Numbered from the stretch's first letter, positions 27,727 through 38,738 are shown. The stretch: DNA of 64,000 bases from Syntrophaceae bacterium (GCA_025355345.1 JANXZU010000034.1:6143-70142); one strand, 5' to 3'. Translations and numbers: made by a program. Notes: generated from the letters alone by a model not told the origin.

Positions 27727-30315
27727 ATGCGTTTCGATAAATTTACTTTAAAAGTACAGGAAGCTCTTCAGGATGCTCAATCTTTGGCTGACTCTTATGG
27801 CCATCAGATGGTTGAGCCAGAGCATCTTCTTGTTTGCTTCATCAAGCAGGAAGAAGGTATTGTCAGCGCCATCCTGAATAAACTGGGAGCTCAACCCAAA
27901 CAAATAGAACAGGAACTTACGAGCTATCTCCAAAAGCAACCGAAGATCGAAGGAGCGGCAACCGGCCAGACTTACCTGTCGGGCAGATCAAACAAAGTAT
28001 TTGATAAAGCGCTGACCGAAGCGGCACAGCTTAAAGACGAATATGTTAGCGCGGAACATGTATTAATTGTTATCGCTGAAGAAAAAGAAGGACAAGCCGG
28101 TAAAATTTTGCGTAAAACCGGCGTAACAAAAGAAAGCATTTTCAAAGTGCTGGTGGATATTAGGGGTAACCAGAGAGTTACCGACCCCAATCCCGAAGGA
28201 AAGTATCAGGCATTAGAACGCTATGCCAGAGACTTCAATGAGCTGGCGCGTAAAGGCAAATTTGACCCGGTAATTGGCCGCGATGAAGAGATTCGACGAA
28301 TCATGCAGGTCCTTTCGCGCCGCACAAAAAACAATCCGGTTTTAATCGGCGAACCGGGAGTCGGTAAAACCGCTATCGTGGAAGGATTAGCGCAGCGCAT
28401 AGTCAACGGCGATGTTCCCGAAAATTTGAAGGATAAAAGAATAATCGGCCTGGATATCGGCGCTTTGATAGCGGGAGCAAAATATCGCGGTGAATTTGAA
28501 GAAAGACTCAAAGCAGTTTTAAAAGAAGTAATCAACTCCACAGGGGAAATAATTCTCTTCATCGACGAAATCCATACTGTTGTTGGTGCTGGCGCTGCCG
28601 AAGGCTCTGTCGATGCCTCCAACATGTTAAAGCCCGCCCTTGCCCGGGGTGAATTACGCTGCGTAGGTGCAACAACTCTAAATGAATACCGCAAATATAT
28701 TGAAAAAGACGCCGCACTGGAGCGACGTTTCCAACCCATAATGGTTAAGGAACCGACAGTGGAAGATACCATTGCTATTCTGCGCGGTTTAAAGGAACGC
28801 TACGAAGTTCACCACGGAGTTCGAATCAAAGACTCTGCCATTATTGCCGCCGCGACTCTTTCCAAACGCTATATCGCCGACCGTTTCCTGCCGGATAAGG
28901 CGGTGGACTTGATTGACGAAGCGGCCTCACGGTTAAGAATAGAATTAGACAGTATGCCGGAGGAAATAGACACAATTAACCGGAAAATAATTCAACTGGA
29001 AATTGAACGCCAATCGCTGAAAAAAGAAACAGATAAAACCTCCAAGGACAGACGGAATAAGCTCGAAGGCGAACTGGCTGAACTTAAGCATAACATGGAT
29101 CAGATGAAGCTACATTGGTCCAGTGAAAAAGATATCATAAAAAAAATTCAACATATCAAAAGTCAGATGGAAAATTTAAAAACGGAGGAAGCCAATGCTC
29201 AGCGTGATGGTAACCTTGCCTTGGCAGCGGAAATCCGTTACGGCAAACTCGTTGCCTTGGATAAAGAATTACAGGAAGATCAAACAAAGCTTTTGGAAAT
29301 ACAGAAAAGCAAACAAATGCTCAAAGAGGAAGTAGATGCTGAAGATGTTGCTGAAGTTGTTGCCAGCTGGACAGGTATTCCGCTTGCAAGAATGATGGAA
29401 AGCGATGTTCAAAAACTTATTCACATGGATGAAAGACTAAAGATGCGAGTAATTGGACAGGATGAAGGTATTGGTGCTGTTTCTTCTGCGTTGCGCCGCG
29501 CACGATCCGGATTGCAGGACCCCAATCACCCTATCGGTTCATTCATTTTCCTGGGACCAACCGGTGTTGGAAAAACCGAACTTGCCCGGGCTTTGGCGGA
29601 ATTTATGTTTGATAACGAACAGGCAATGGTGCGCATCGATATGTCGGAATACATGGAAAAGCACGCCATCGCTCGTTTGATTGGCGCCCCACCGGGCTAT
29701 GTCGGTTATGATGAAGGTGGATATTTAACTGAAGCTGTAAGGCGTAAACCCTATTGCGTCTTGCTTTTTGATGAAATAGAAAAGGCTCACCCGGATGTTT
29801 TTAATATACTGCTGCAAATACTCGATGATGGCCGGTTGACAGATGGTCATGGCCGCACTGTTGATTTCAAAAACACAATTGTGATTATGACATCCAATGT
29901 CGGCAGTGGGTGGATTCAAGATGAATCTCTCGATGAGCGTGAAAAACAAGATCGCTCTATGGAATCTCTGAGAACCACTTTTAAGCCGGAGTTCTTAAAC
30001 CGGATTGATGAAATCATCATGTTCAGAGCGCTTACTCTGGAAGACATAAATTCCATTGTGAATATTCAATTATTGCTGATTGATAAAAGACTTAAAGATA
30101 GAAAACTGAGCATCGAATTGACAGACGCGGCAAAAAAACATATAGCAGCGGAAGGTTATAGTCCTGTTTACGGCGCTCGTCCACTGAAAAGATCGCTGCA
30201 AAAAATTATTCTGGACCCACTGGCACTGGAGATTCTCGCCGGTAAATTTATTGAGGGTGACCAAATCATTGTCAGCTTGTCCAACAAGGGTGAAATTACT
30301 ATTAACAAGAAGTAA
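27727..30315 (+). CDS. clpB: ATP-dependent chaperone/disaggregase ClpB
   Basis: 862 aa with two AAA+ modules ([16 protein letters not shown]) and a long coiled-coil middle domain. Confidence 0.95.
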   Translation: MRFDKFTLKVQEALQDAQSLADSYGHQMVEPEHLLVCFIKQEEGIVSAILNKLGAQPKQIEQELTSYLQKQPKIEGAATGQTYLSGRSNKVFDKALTEAAQLKDEYVSAEHVLIVIAEEKEGQAGKILRKTGVTKESIFKVLVDIRGNQRVTDPNPEGKYQALERYARDFNELARKGKFDPVIGRDEEIRRIMQVLSRRTKNNPVLIGEPGVGKTAIVEGLAQRIVNGDVPENLKDKRIIGLDIGALIAGAKYRGEFEERLKAVLKEVINSTGEIILFIDEIHTVVGAGAAEGSVDASNMLKPALARGELRCVGATTLNEYRKYIEKDAALERRFQPIMVKEPTVEDTIAILRGLKERYEVHHGVRIKDSAIIAAATLSKRYIADRFLPDKAVDLIDEAASRLRIELDSMPEEIDTINRKIIQLEIERQSLKKETDKTSKDRRNKLEGELAELKHNMDQMKLHWSSEKDIIKKIQHIKSQMENLKTEEANAQRDGNLALAAEIRYGKLVALDKELQEDQTKLLEIQKSKQMLKEEVDAEDVAEVVASWTGIPLARMMESDVQKLIHMDERLKMRVIGQDEGIGAVSSALRRARSGLQDPNHPIGSFIFLGPTGVGKTELARALAEFMFDNEQAMVRIDMSEYMEKHAIARLIGAPPGYVGYDEGGYLTEAVRRKPYCVLLFDEIEKAHPDVFNILLQILDDGRLTDGHGRTVDFKNTIVIMTSNVGSGWIQDESLDEREKQDRSMESLRTTFKPEFLNRIDEIIMFRALTLEDINSIVNIQLLLIDKRLKDRKLSIELTDAAKKHIAAEGYSPVYGARPLKRSLQKIILDPLALEILAGKFIEGDQIIVSLSNKGEITINKK

Positions 30316-30327
30316 AGGAGGATAAAC

Positions 30328-31179
30328 ATGGGCAACACTGTAAAAACAGCTCTTCTACTGGGAGCATTAACCGGTCTTTTGATGCTGGTTGGCGGCCTGA
30401 TTGGCGGAAAGGGAGGTGTTTATATCGCTTTTATTTTTGCCGTAATTTTAAATTTTGGCAGCTATTGGTTTTCTGACAAAATCGTTCTAAAAATGTATAG
30501 TGCGCAGGAAGTATCGGAGAGTTCCGCGCCTGACATTTACGCTATCGTTCGTAATCTGGCCATGAAAGCAAGCCTGCCAATGCCGCGGGTTTTTATTATC
30601 CCCGAGGAAACACCTAATGCCTTTGCTACCGGCCGAAATGAAAACCATGCTGTCGTTGCCGTAACCGAAGGAATAATGAGAATACTGACCAAGGAAGAGT
30701 TAGAGGGCGTTATTGCCCATGAACTCTCTCATATTAAAAATAAAGATATGCTGATTAGTTCCATCGCCGCAACCATAGCGGGTGCAATTAGTATGCTAGC
30801 GACTATGGCCCAGTGGGCCGCAATTTTCGGTGGGGGCCGCAGTAGTGATGAAGATAGTGGCGGTGGTATAATAGGTTTGATCGCTATGGCCATTTTTGCG
30901 CCGCTTGCCGCAGCAGTAATACAAATGGCTATTTCCCGTTCGCGCGAATATCTGGCTGACGCTGGCGGCGCAAATATAACAAAGAATCCTTACGGACTGG
31001 CCAGCGCGCTGGAAAAACTTACTCAGGCATCACAAATAATTCCGATGGATGCCAAACCGTCTACTGCTCATTTGTTTATCGTCAATCCATTATCCGGAAA
31101 AGCTTTTATGAATCTTTTCAGCACTCATCCACCGCTGGAGGAAAGAATAGCCCGTTTAAGAAGTATGAAACCATATTAG
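30328..31179 (+). CDS. htpX: zinc metalloprotease HtpX (M48)
   Basis: HELSHIKN (HExxH), four TM helices and a [10 protein letters not shown] end motif. Confidence 0.9.
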   Translation: MGNTVKTALLLGALTGLLMLVGGLIGGKGGVYIAFIFAVILNFGSYWFSDKIVLKMYSAQEVSESSAPDIYAIVRNLAMKASLPMPRVFIIPEETPNAFATGRNENHAVVAVTEGIMRILTKEELEGVIAHELSHIKNKDMLISSIAATIAGAISMLATMAQWAAIFGGGRSSDEDSGGGIIGLIAMAIFAPLAAAVIQMAISRSREYLADAGGANITKNPYGLASALEKLTQASQIIPMDAKPSTAHLFIVNPLSGKAFMNLFSTHPPLEERIARLRSMKPY

Positions 31180-31218
31180 TAATATATTTCGCAAGACAAT
31201 TCATGTAGGAGACCCACA

Positions 31219-31629
31219 ATGGCAGAAGATATAAAAGATTCTGGATTTGTTATAAAGGATAAACGCATTTTTGCGGAATCAGGTGAAGCAAAACAAACGG
31301 ATGCTTCAGCTACACCTGCCGCGGAAGATACTAAACCTGCATTTCCTGAAGCGGCACAATCCGGTAATGATAAAGAGCCTGATTATCCACCGATAAATTT
31401 TACCAATTTTGTTTTATCACTAAGCACCTCTGCGCTCTTTCATTTTGGGGATTTTCCCGATAAGGAGGGCGGTAAAACAGAAAAAAACCTGCCTGCCGCA
31501 AAGCAAACTATTGATATACTGGATATGCTGGGTGAAAAATCCAAAGGTAATCTCAATGAAAATGAAACTCAATTAATTCAAGGCATCCTATACGAGTTGA
31601 AATTACGATACGTTAAAGAAAAGGCATGA
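31219..31629 (+). CDS. DUF1844-family protein
   Basis: INFTNFVLSLSTSALFHFG....NL..AKQTIDILDML.EK.KGNL pattern, which I recognise as DUF1844. Confidence 0.65.
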   Translation: MAEDIKDSGFVIKDKRIFAESGEAKQTDASATPAAEDTKPAFPEAAQSGNDKEPDYPPINFTNFVLSLSTSALFHFGDFPDKEGGKTEKNLPAAKQTIDILDMLGEKSKGNLNENETQLIQGILYELKLRYVKEKA

Positions 31630-31630
31630 G

Positions 31631-32470
31631 ATGCTTTTTAAGGCGCCGGCAAAAATCAACCTCTTCTTGCGTGTCCTGCGTAAACGTGAAGATAATTATC
31701 ACGATATCGCTTCACTCATGCAAAAAATAACCCTTTACGACGAGCTGAACTTTTCGCTGCGCCCGAAAGGAATTGCTTTAACCTGCCCCGATAGCGATTT
31801 GCCCATTAATGCGGACAATATAGTCTTTCGCGCCGTCCGGGCAATCTTTAATTACGTCAACTATACTTCCGGCATTGAAATTACTCTTAACAAAAACATA
31901 CCGCAGGCCGCCGGTCTTGGCGGTGGCAGTTCTGATGCGGCAACAACTTTAATGGCGATAAACGAAATATGCGAACTTAATTTAAATAAAACCCAGCTGA
32001 TGAAGCTGGGAGTAAAGCTTGGCGCCGATGTCCCCTTCTTCATTTTTGGCAACACAGCGCTGGCTTCTGGTATTGGCGACAAATTGACACACTATTCACA
32101 TATACCAAAGCTCAACATAGTCTTAATAAATCCGGCATTCCCGCTTTCGACAAAAACCGTTTACGAAAATCTTAATTTGAGATTGACAAGAAAAAAAATT
32201 AATTATAGCATTCCGCCGGTTTTCACACTGAGTGATGTAGTGGCTCAATTGCATAATGATTTAGAAGCAATATCATTAAAAATGCATCCGGAATTGCAGA
32301 ATTTAAAGCAACTTTTGCTGGGTCATGGAGCGCAAGGCGCCCTGATGTCGGGTAGCGGCCCCACACTCTTTGGAATTTTCAACGACGAAATTTCGGCAAA
32401 AAGAGCACTTACTTCCATAAAACAGGAAGTTCCCGGTAAGTACGCAGTTTATTTTGCCCAGTCGTTATAA
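31631..32470 (+). CDS. ispE: 4-diphosphocytidyl-2-C-methyl-D-erythritol kinase
   Basis: APAKINLFL.V, PQAAGLGGGSSDAA (GHMP kinase motif) and MSGSGPT. Confidence 0.9.
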   Translation: MLFKAPAKINLFLRVLRKREDNYHDIASLMQKITLYDELNFSLRPKGIALTCPDSDLPINADNIVFRAVRAIFNYVNYTSGIEITLNKNIPQAAGLGGGSSDAATTLMAINEICELNLNKTQLMKLGVKLGADVPFFIFGNTALASGIGDKLTHYSHIPKLNIVLINPAFPLSTKTVYENLNLRLTRKKINYSIPPVFTLSDVVAQLHNDLEAISLKMHPELQNLKQLLLGHGAQGALMSGSGPTLFGIFNDEISAKRALTSIKQEVPGKYAVYFAQSL

Positions 32471-32519
32471 CTTCAGCGCTTTCAGATGTAAGTAATATTT
32501 GATAGATCATTAAATGTTT

Positions 32520-32594
32520 TGGGGCGTCGTCAAGCGGTAAGACACAGGACTTTGATTCCTGCATTCGGAGGTTCGATCCCTCCCGCCCCAGCCA
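32520..32594 (+). tRNA. tRNA-Gln (anticodon UUG)
   Basis: Manual cloverleaf: TGGGGCG/CGCCCCA acceptor, anticodon arm CAGGA-CTTTGAT-TCCTG, T arm GGAGG-TTCGATC-CCTCC, encoded GCCA. Close in form to E. coli tRNA-Gln. Confidence 0.9.
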
Positions 32595-32621
32595 AAAATA
32601 AATTATTGAGGAAAAATTAAA

Positions 32622-33563
32622 ATGTTAGAGAAGATCAGACTTTTTTCCGGAAACGCTAATATTGCCCTGGCTAATAAAATTTGTGAAAATCTCGGTGTTG
32701 CTTTAGGGAAAGCTAATGTAACAACTTTCAGTGATGGTGAAACGCGTGTCGAGATAAACGAAAATGTGCGAGGCATGGACGTTTTTATTATCCAGTCTAC
32801 TTGTTCACCGGTAAACGTAACGTTAATGGAACTTCTGATCATGATTGACGCCATGAAACGGGCTTCCGCCGAGCGGATTACCGCTGTGGTTCCCTATTAT
32901 GGTTATGGCCGTCAAGACAGGAAAGTCGCACCGCGAGCGCCGATTTCAGCAAAATTAGTGGCTGATCTCATTACCACTGCCGGAGCTAACCGTGTCCTTT
33001 CCATTGATCTGCATGCCGGTCAAATTCAAGGTTTTTTCAATATCCCTGTGGATAATCTTTTTGCCACAAAAGTATTACTTGAATATATGAAAAAAACTTA
33101 TCAGGAAAATACTGTTGTTGTTTCACCAGATACCGGAGGAGTGGAGCGTGCCCGCGCATTCGGGAAAAGGCTGGGAGCAAGCCTTGCGATTATCGATAAA
33201 AGAAGAGAAGGCCCCAATGAAGCACAGGTAATGAATATTATTGGTAATGTTGAAGGAAAAAGAGTTATCATCCTTGATGATATGATAGATACCGCAGGAA
33301 CAGTTCTGCAGGGCGTCAACGCCCTCAAGGAAGCTGGAGCGCTTGAGGTTTCTGTCTGCTGCACACATCCGGTCTTATCCGGTCCAGCAATAGAGCGCAT
33401 CGAATCAGCTCAAATTAAAGAAGTTTTAGTCACCGATACGATTCCACTAAGCGATATTGCGGCTAAATGCAAAAAAATTAAAGTTTTATCTGTATCAGGA
33501 CTTTTGTCTGAAGCTGTACGCCGGATTTACTATAACGACTCTGTAAGCTCATTGTTTATATAA
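32622..33563 (+). CDS. prs: ribose-phosphate pyrophosphokinase
   Basis: [19 protein letters not shown], and [12 protein letters not shown] plus [11 protein letters not shown], the PRPP-binding loop. Confidence 0.95.
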   Translation: MLEKIRLFSGNANIALANKICENLGVALGKANVTTFSDGETRVEINENVRGMDVFIIQSTCSPVNVTLMELLIMIDAMKRASAERITAVVPYYGYGRQDRKVAPRAPISAKLVADLITTAGANRVLSIDLHAGQIQGFFNIPVDNLFATKVLLEYMKKTYQENTVVVSPDTGGVERARAFGKRLGASLAIIDKRREGPNEAQVMNIIGNVEGKRVIILDDMIDTAGTVLQGVNALKEAGALEVSVCCTHPVLSGPAIERIESAQIKEVLVTDTIPLSDIAAKCKKIKVLSVSGLLSEAVRRIYYNDSVSSLFI

Positions 33564-33835
33564 TTGTAGAAGTATTTCTATGTGTTCATATTCATGTTTT
33601 CAGCACCCTGAAATCATAGCTTTAAATCAAAAAAACCCTTTTATAAATCAATAAAATGGATAAAGTTACTAAACTGACGGTCATTTTATATATTTTATCA
33701 AAAATCTCTTGAAATTATCATGATTAAAGTATAGAAGCCGTAATCAGCTTCAGCATATTATTTCTATGTCCGAAATTAATGCTGACGAATAAATTCGATT
33801 AATATTAGTATATGTAATTATCTAGGAGGAAATAA

Positions 33836-34510
33836 ATGGAGATCAACGAGTTAGCGGCTCAAGTCCGTAAAGAACAAAAAAAAGGTCCAGCCCGCCGTTT
33901 ACGGCAAAAAGGATTTGTACCGGCGATTTTTTACGGCCGATCCGCAGAAAATATATTATTGGCTGTGAATAATAAAGAACTGCTTAAATTGCATAAAGAC
34001 AAGAAAGATCATTCCTTCATCAAACTGATTATTGATGATGGCAATAATAAAAAGATAGAAAAGCTTTCGTTAATCAAAGAATTACAGGTTCAACCCTTAA
34101 CCGGAAAATTCTATCATGCCGATTTCTATGAAGTAGATATGAAACATAAACTCACTTTTGAAGTTTCATTACGCTACATCGGAAAATCTATCGGTGTGGA
34201 AAATGGCGGCGAATTACAGCATATTAAACGTGAAGTTAAAGTTTCCTGTCTGCCGACAAATCTTCCTGATCATATCGATGTGGATGTTAGTGCACTTGAT
34301 ATTGGTGATTCTATTAAAATAAAGGAATTGAAACTTGCTGAAGGAATATCAGTCCTTGATCCACCTGATGCAGCGGTTGCAGCGGTTGCCGTAATCAAGG
34401 TTGCCAAGGCCACGCCTGAAGAAGAAGCAGCAGCGGCAGCAAAGGCGGCAACAGCAACTACGGAAACACCGGCAGCAGCAGAAAAGACTGAAAAAGAAAA
34501 AGGTAAATAA
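33836..34510 (+). CDS. rplY: 50S ribosomal protein L25 / general stress protein Ctc form
   Basis: RRLR..G.VPAI.YG start and a two-domain Ctc-length protein with an Ala/Glu-rich tail. Confidence 0.85.
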   Translation: MEINELAAQVRKEQKKGPARRLRQKGFVPAIFYGRSAENILLAVNNKELLKLHKDKKDHSFIKLIIDDGNNKKIEKLSLIKELQVQPLTGKFYHADFYEVDMKHKLTFEVSLRYIGKSIGVENGGELQHIKREVKVSCLPTNLPDHIDVDVSALDIGDSIKIKELKLAEGISVLDPPDAAVAAVAVIKVAKATPEEEAAAAAKAATATTETPAAAEKTEKEKGK

Positions 34511-34596
34511 GACGCTATCCAAATGGATTGGAGAAAATGTTTCCCTCTATTTTAGCAAAGATTTTCCCATGGCGCGCAAAAGAGAGGGAACAAGAG

Positions 34597-35193
34597 ATGT
34601 ACTTGATTGTTGGTTTGGGAAATCCGGGAACTCGCTATCGGGCTACAAGACACAACATCGGGTTTATGGTTTTGGAACTACTGGCCGCTAAACTCGAGTT
34701 AAATTTAAGTCAAAAGAGTTTTAATACTTTATGGGGCAAAGGTAAGATCGCTTCTAAGAATTTAATTTTAGCCATGCCTCAAACATACATGAATTTGAGT
34801 GGTAATGCTGTAAGGCAGTTACATGCGTTCTTTAAAACGGAAATCAGTAATCTGATAGTCATCCACGATGACCTTGATTTGTCTTTCGGGTCAGTTCGAC
34901 TGAAAACAGGCGGGGGAAATGCAGGACATAAGGGTCTTGCATCCATTGAGGAAAACTTAGGCTCTTCCGAATTTATGAGGGTAAGACTGGGTATCGGCAA
35001 ACCGGTTGAAAAATCCCGCATTGAAGGTTATGTTCTTGAACCTTTTAACAAGAAAGAGCTCTGCGTTCTGCCTGAAATTATTCAGTGGGCAGCAGACGCC
35101 ACAACTGAGATCGTTTCATCAGGCATGCCAACAGCAATAGGCAATTACCAAACAAAAAATATAAGTACTATCTTAAAAAAGGAGGAACAATGA
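34597..35193 (+). CDS. pth: peptidyl-tRNA hydrolase
   Basis: MYLIVGLGNPG..Y..TRHN.GF start and GGGNAGHKGL. ATG 34597 follows GAGAGG, and the longer track ORF adds 23 atypical residues. Confidence 0.9.
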   Translation: MYLIVGLGNPGTRYRATRHNIGFMVLELLAAKLELNLSQKSFNTLWGKGKIASKNLILAMPQTYMNLSGNAVRQLHAFFKTEISNLIVIHDDLDLSFGSVRLKTGGGNAGHKGLASIEENLGSSEFMRVRLGIGKPVEKSRIEGYVLEPFNKKELCVLPEIIQWAADATTEIVSSGMPTAIGNYQTKNISTILKKEEQ

Positions 35194-37631
35194 TGTTAAG
35201 GAATCAACGAAGTATCTGGACAGTTTTACTAAGCGGTTTAGTAATGCTATTACTTGCCGGAACCGCTTTCGCAGGTGAGGCGGATATCAAATTACCTGAT
35301 GTTCTAGCTGTTACATTTTTGGGTGGCAAGTTGACAGGCTGGATGATTTTAAATTGCGGTCTTGCCATATGCGCCATTGGTATGATTTTTGGTGTGCTTC
35401 AATATGTGCAAACCAAGAATCTGCCCGCACACAAAGCAATGCTTGATGTTTCTCAGACAATCTGGGAAACCTGCAAAACCTACCTTTTCCAGCAAGGTAA
35501 ATTTTTAATCGGTTTGTGGATACTGATCGCCATTTGCATCGTTTATTATTTTGGTGTTTTGCAAGGCAAGGTAACATCCGACGTTATTATCATACTTATA
35601 TGCTCCATCGTCGGTATCCTTGGTTCTTATGTTGTAGCCTGGTTTGGTATCCGCATTAACACGGTTGCCAATTCTCGAGCCGCCTTTGCATCACTGAGTG
35701 GCGATCCCTTGAACATAGTTAATATCTGTTTACGTTCCGGCATGAGTGTCGGTCTGCTTTTAGTCAGTATAGAACTTTTCTTTATGATCATCATTCTGGC
35801 CTATATTCCCAAAGAATTGGCCGGTCCCAGCTTTATCGGTTTTGCTATCGGTGAATCTCTTGGCGCATCCGCTCTGCGTATCTGCGGTGGTATCTTCACC
35901 AAGATTGCCGATATCGGCTCCGACCTGATGAAAATCGTTTTCCATCTTCCCGAAGACGATCCGAAAAACCCCGGTGTTATTGCTGACTGTACCGGTGACA
36001 ATGCTGGTGACAGCGTTGGCCCCACTGCTGACGGTTTTGAAACCTACGGTGTTACCGGTGTTGCCTTGATTGCCTTTTTGGCTTTGTCTTTAGCCAGCAA
36101 TCCTGCGATGGGTGGTAAATTGATTGTCTGGATTTTCGCTATGAGAATCCTCATGATTCTGACTTCTCTTGCCTCATACTTTGTTAATGATGTTATCAGC
36201 AAATCATTTTTTGCCGGCAAGAAGGATTTTAATTTTGAACATCCGTTAACCAATCTGGTTTGGATTACATCAATCGTATCCATTGGCGTTACATTCCTTG
36301 CAAGTTATTTTCTCTTGGGCGACCTGACCGACAAATACCAAGGCTTGTGGCTGCCTCTTTCCATCATCATCAGCTGCGGAACTATTGCCGGTGCTTTGAT
36401 TCCGGAACTGACAAAAGTTTTCACCAGCACTTCATCACGTCATTGCGAAGAAGTTGTTAATGCTTCCCGTCAGGGTGGACCTTCTTTGAACATTCTCGCC
36501 GGGCTCGTTGCCGGTAACTTCTCCGCTTTCTGGGAAGGCCTGACCATCATGCTCCTGATGCTGGTTGCCTACCTGGTATCTACAAACGCCGCGATTATTG
36601 CTCTTATGCCGCCCGCTTTTGTTTTTGCCGCTCCGGTGTTCGCTTTCGGTCTGGTGGCTTTCGGTTTCCTGGGCATGGGCCCGGTTACAATCGCTGTTGA
36701 CAGCTTCGGTCCGGTATCGGATAATGCTCAGTCTATTTATGAACTTTCCATGATTGAATCACGTCCCGATGCAAAAGAAGTTGTTAAGAAAGAATATGGC
36801 ATTGAACCTAATTTTGAAACAGCCAAACACTTTCTGGAATCAGCAGACGGTGCAGGTAATACCTTTAAAGCAACTGCCAAACCCGTGTTGATCGGAACTG
36901 CAGTTGTCGGTGCTACCACAATGGTTTTCGGTATCATCATCCTGCTCGAAGGACTATTCGGCAATGTTATCGGTAAACTTTCTCTGGTTCAGCCGGAAAT
37001 CATTCTTGGACTGCTTATGGGTGGTTGCGTGATTTACTGGTTCACCGGTGCATCTATTCAAGCAGTGAGCACAGGCGCCTATCAGGCAGTTGTGTTTATT
37101 AAGAAGAATATCAATCTTGATAAAAAAGAAGCTTCGATTGAAGACAGTAAAGAAGTCGTAAAGATTTGCACCCAGTACGCTCAAAAGGGAATGATCAACA
37201 TCTTCATCGTCATTTTCTTTATGACGCTGGCTCTGTCTTTCTTCAACCCTTACTTCTTTATCGGATACCTCATCGGTATCGCCTTCTTTGGTCTCTTCCA
37301 GGCGATCTTCATGGCCAATGCCGGCGGTTGCTGGGATAACGGCAAGAAGATTGTTGAAGTAGATCTGAAGATGAAAAACACTCCGCTGCATGAAGCAAGC
37401 GTAGTAGGCGACACAGTCGGCGACCCCTTCAAAGACACCTCTTCTGTTTCTTTGAACCCGGTCATCAAATTCACGACTCTGTTTGGTCTGCTCGCAGTAG
37501 AAATCGCAGTAACCATGACCAATACCAATTTGAAGTATGGTTTGGCTGCCTGCTTCTTTATAATTGCTTTGATTTTCGTTTATCGTTCGTTCTACAGCAT
37601 GCGGATTGTCAGCGAAAAACTTGGTGAATAA
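35190..37631 (+). CDS. hppA: membrane-bound proton/sodium-translocating pyrophosphatase
   Basis: 813 aa, about 16 TM helices, with GDNAGD, DSFGPVSDNA and GDTVGDPFKDT motifs. The start overlaps the pth stop (ATGATG). Confidence 0.9.
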   Translation: MMLRNQRSIWTVLLSGLVMLLLAGTAFAGEADIKLPDVLAVTFLGGKLTGWMILNCGLAICAIGMIFGVLQYVQTKNLPAHKAMLDVSQTIWETCKTYLFQQGKFLIGLWILIAICIVYYFGVLQGKVTSDVIIILICSIVGILGSYVVAWFGIRINTVANSRAAFASLSGDPLNIVNICLRSGMSVGLLLVSIELFFMIIILAYIPKELAGPSFIGFAIGESLGASALRICGGIFTKIADIGSDLMKIVFHLPEDDPKNPGVIADCTGDNAGDSVGPTADGFETYGVTGVALIAFLALSLASNPAMGGKLIVWIFAMRILMILTSLASYFVNDVISKSFFAGKKDFNFEHPLTNLVWITSIVSIGVTFLASYFLLGDLTDKYQGLWLPLSIIISCGTIAGALIPELTKVFTSTSSRHCEEVVNASRQGGPSLNILAGLVAGNFSAFWEGLTIMLLMLVAYLVSTNAAIIALMPPAFVFAAPVFAFGLVAFGFLGMGPVTIAVDSFGPVSDNAQSIYELSMIESRPDAKEVVKKEYGIEPNFETAKHFLESADGAGNTFKATAKPVLIGTAVVGATTMVFGIIILLEGLFGNVIGKLSLVQPEIILGLLMGGCVIYWFTGASIQAVSTGAYQAVVFIKKNINLDKKEASIEDSKEVVKICTQYAQKGMINIFIVIFFMTLALSFFNPYFFIGYLIGIAFFGLFQAIFMANAGGCWDNGKKIVEVDLKMKNTPLHEASVVGDTVGDPFKDTSSVSLNPVIKFTTLFGLLAVEIAVTMTNTNLKYGLAACFFIIALIFVYRSFYSMRIVSEKLGE

Positions 37632-37658
37632 AACGTAATTTAACACTTAACCTTAAAA

Positions 37659-37687
37659 GGCGCTCCCGAAACGGAGCGCCTTTTTTT
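37659..37687 (+). terminator. intrinsic terminator of hppA
   Basis: GGCGCTCC-CGAAAC-GGAGCGCC followed by TTTTTTT. The T-tract runs directly into the first TAATGAGAC repeat. Confidence 0.8.
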
Positions 37688-37897
37688 AATGAGACTCAAA
37701 TTACAGGAACGAAGTGAACTGGAATTTGTAAGTCGTAATGAGACAAGCTGAAAACAAACGTAATGCGGTTTGAAGCGTAAGTCGAATTATCCAATAGCCA
37801 AAGGCTATTGGGAATTATCCCCGAAGCGTAGCGTAGGTGGTTAATGAAACAACTTAATCAGAACAGAAGCAAACTGTAATCTGTTAGTTGATTATAC
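37687..37897 (+). repeat. intergenic composite hairpin-repeat array C (three M1 units)
   Basis: Units start at 37687, 37736 and 37842. The middle unit carries GTCGAATTATCC + CCAATAGCCAAAGGCTATTGG + AATTATCCCC..GGTGGTTAAT. The last unit overlaps the 3' end of the convergent gene 37884-38366. Confidence 0.8.
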
Positions 37898-38366
37898 TCT
37901 CCAATATCTTCGCAGCCGATAAAACAAAAAGCGGACATTGTTTGGTAAACACTCCGGCTTCCCTCGCCTTTTTCAATTCTTCCGGATTTTTCATATCATA
38001 AGGAATAAGTTCTTTGCACAATACGCTTTTGTTTTCAGCGGCAAATTTCTCTAGTAATTCATTCGTTTTATTATATGCTATTTCCTTAGCCGGAAAATCA
38101 GCGGGGTTTATGGTGCCAAACTTCATACCTATGATCAATGCAGCGCCGGAAACGGCTCCACAAATATGTCCGTTTCTTCCCACGCCTCCTCCCAAAGCCG
38201 ATGCCATTTTTACTGCATCCTCTTGGTTGATCCCAACTTCGTTTGCATATGCTTTAATAATCGATTGAGCACAATTATATCCCTTCTTCATACACTCGGA
38301 AGCTATCTCAGGTTTATTCATCTTCGTATCCTTTCTTGCGATTAGATTAATACGCTGTTCATTCAA
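37884..38366 (-). CDS. C_GCAxxG_C_C-family putative redox protein
   Basis: GYNCAQS, HICGAVSGA and later Cys residues in the family spacing. Confidence 0.7.
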   Translation of the reverse strand: MNEQRINLIARKDTKMNKPEIASECMKKGYNCAQSIIKAYANEVGINQEDAVKMASALGGGVGRNGHICGAVSGAALIIGMKFGTINPADFPAKEIAYNKTNELLEKFAAENKSVLCKELIPYDMKNPEELKKAREAGVFTKQCPLFVLSAAKILESIIN

Positions 38367-38653
38367 ATGTTAAATGCTTTTTTGTTTTTCCGCAAAACCA
38401 GTTTTATCGCGATATAGGGAAACAAAAAGAATATAAGGGCGCAAATCTTCATGAAGGCTATGCCGTAATAGCACACCAACTCATATTCGTGTTTGTTTAC
38501 CTTGAACCATGGTGAAGTTAAATTATAACCCCAGTCTCCACTGGCCAAAAAGAAAACAAACCATATCATAAGTAGCGAATAAGTCAGAAAGAAACAACGA
38601 ATCAGAATACCTGCCAAATTTTCCAGTAAAAATATTTGTTCATCTTTATGCAT
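38363..38653 (-). CDS. small membrane protein, unknown function
   Basis: 96 aa with three hydrophobic helices. It overlaps the downstream gene by 4 nt, indicating operon coupling. Confidence 0.45.
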   Translation of the reverse strand: MHKDEQIFLLENLAGILIRCFFLTYSLLMIWFVFFLASGDWGYNLTSPWFKVNKHEYELVCYYGIAFMKICALIFFLFPYIAIKLVLRKNKKAFNI

Positions 38654-38738
38654 AAATATCCTCCTGATTAATCGTAATTAACTTGACAAAAAGGCACTGT
38701 TTTTTATATCTTCTCATTAAATGTTTCAAATCTAACTT

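Noticed and set aside
36954-37646. 230-aa ORF antisense to hppA (also 37250-37528)
   Set aside because: It is fully embedded antisense in a strongly supported pyrophosphatase gene. There is no Shine-Dalgarno and the composition is typical of an antisense frame.
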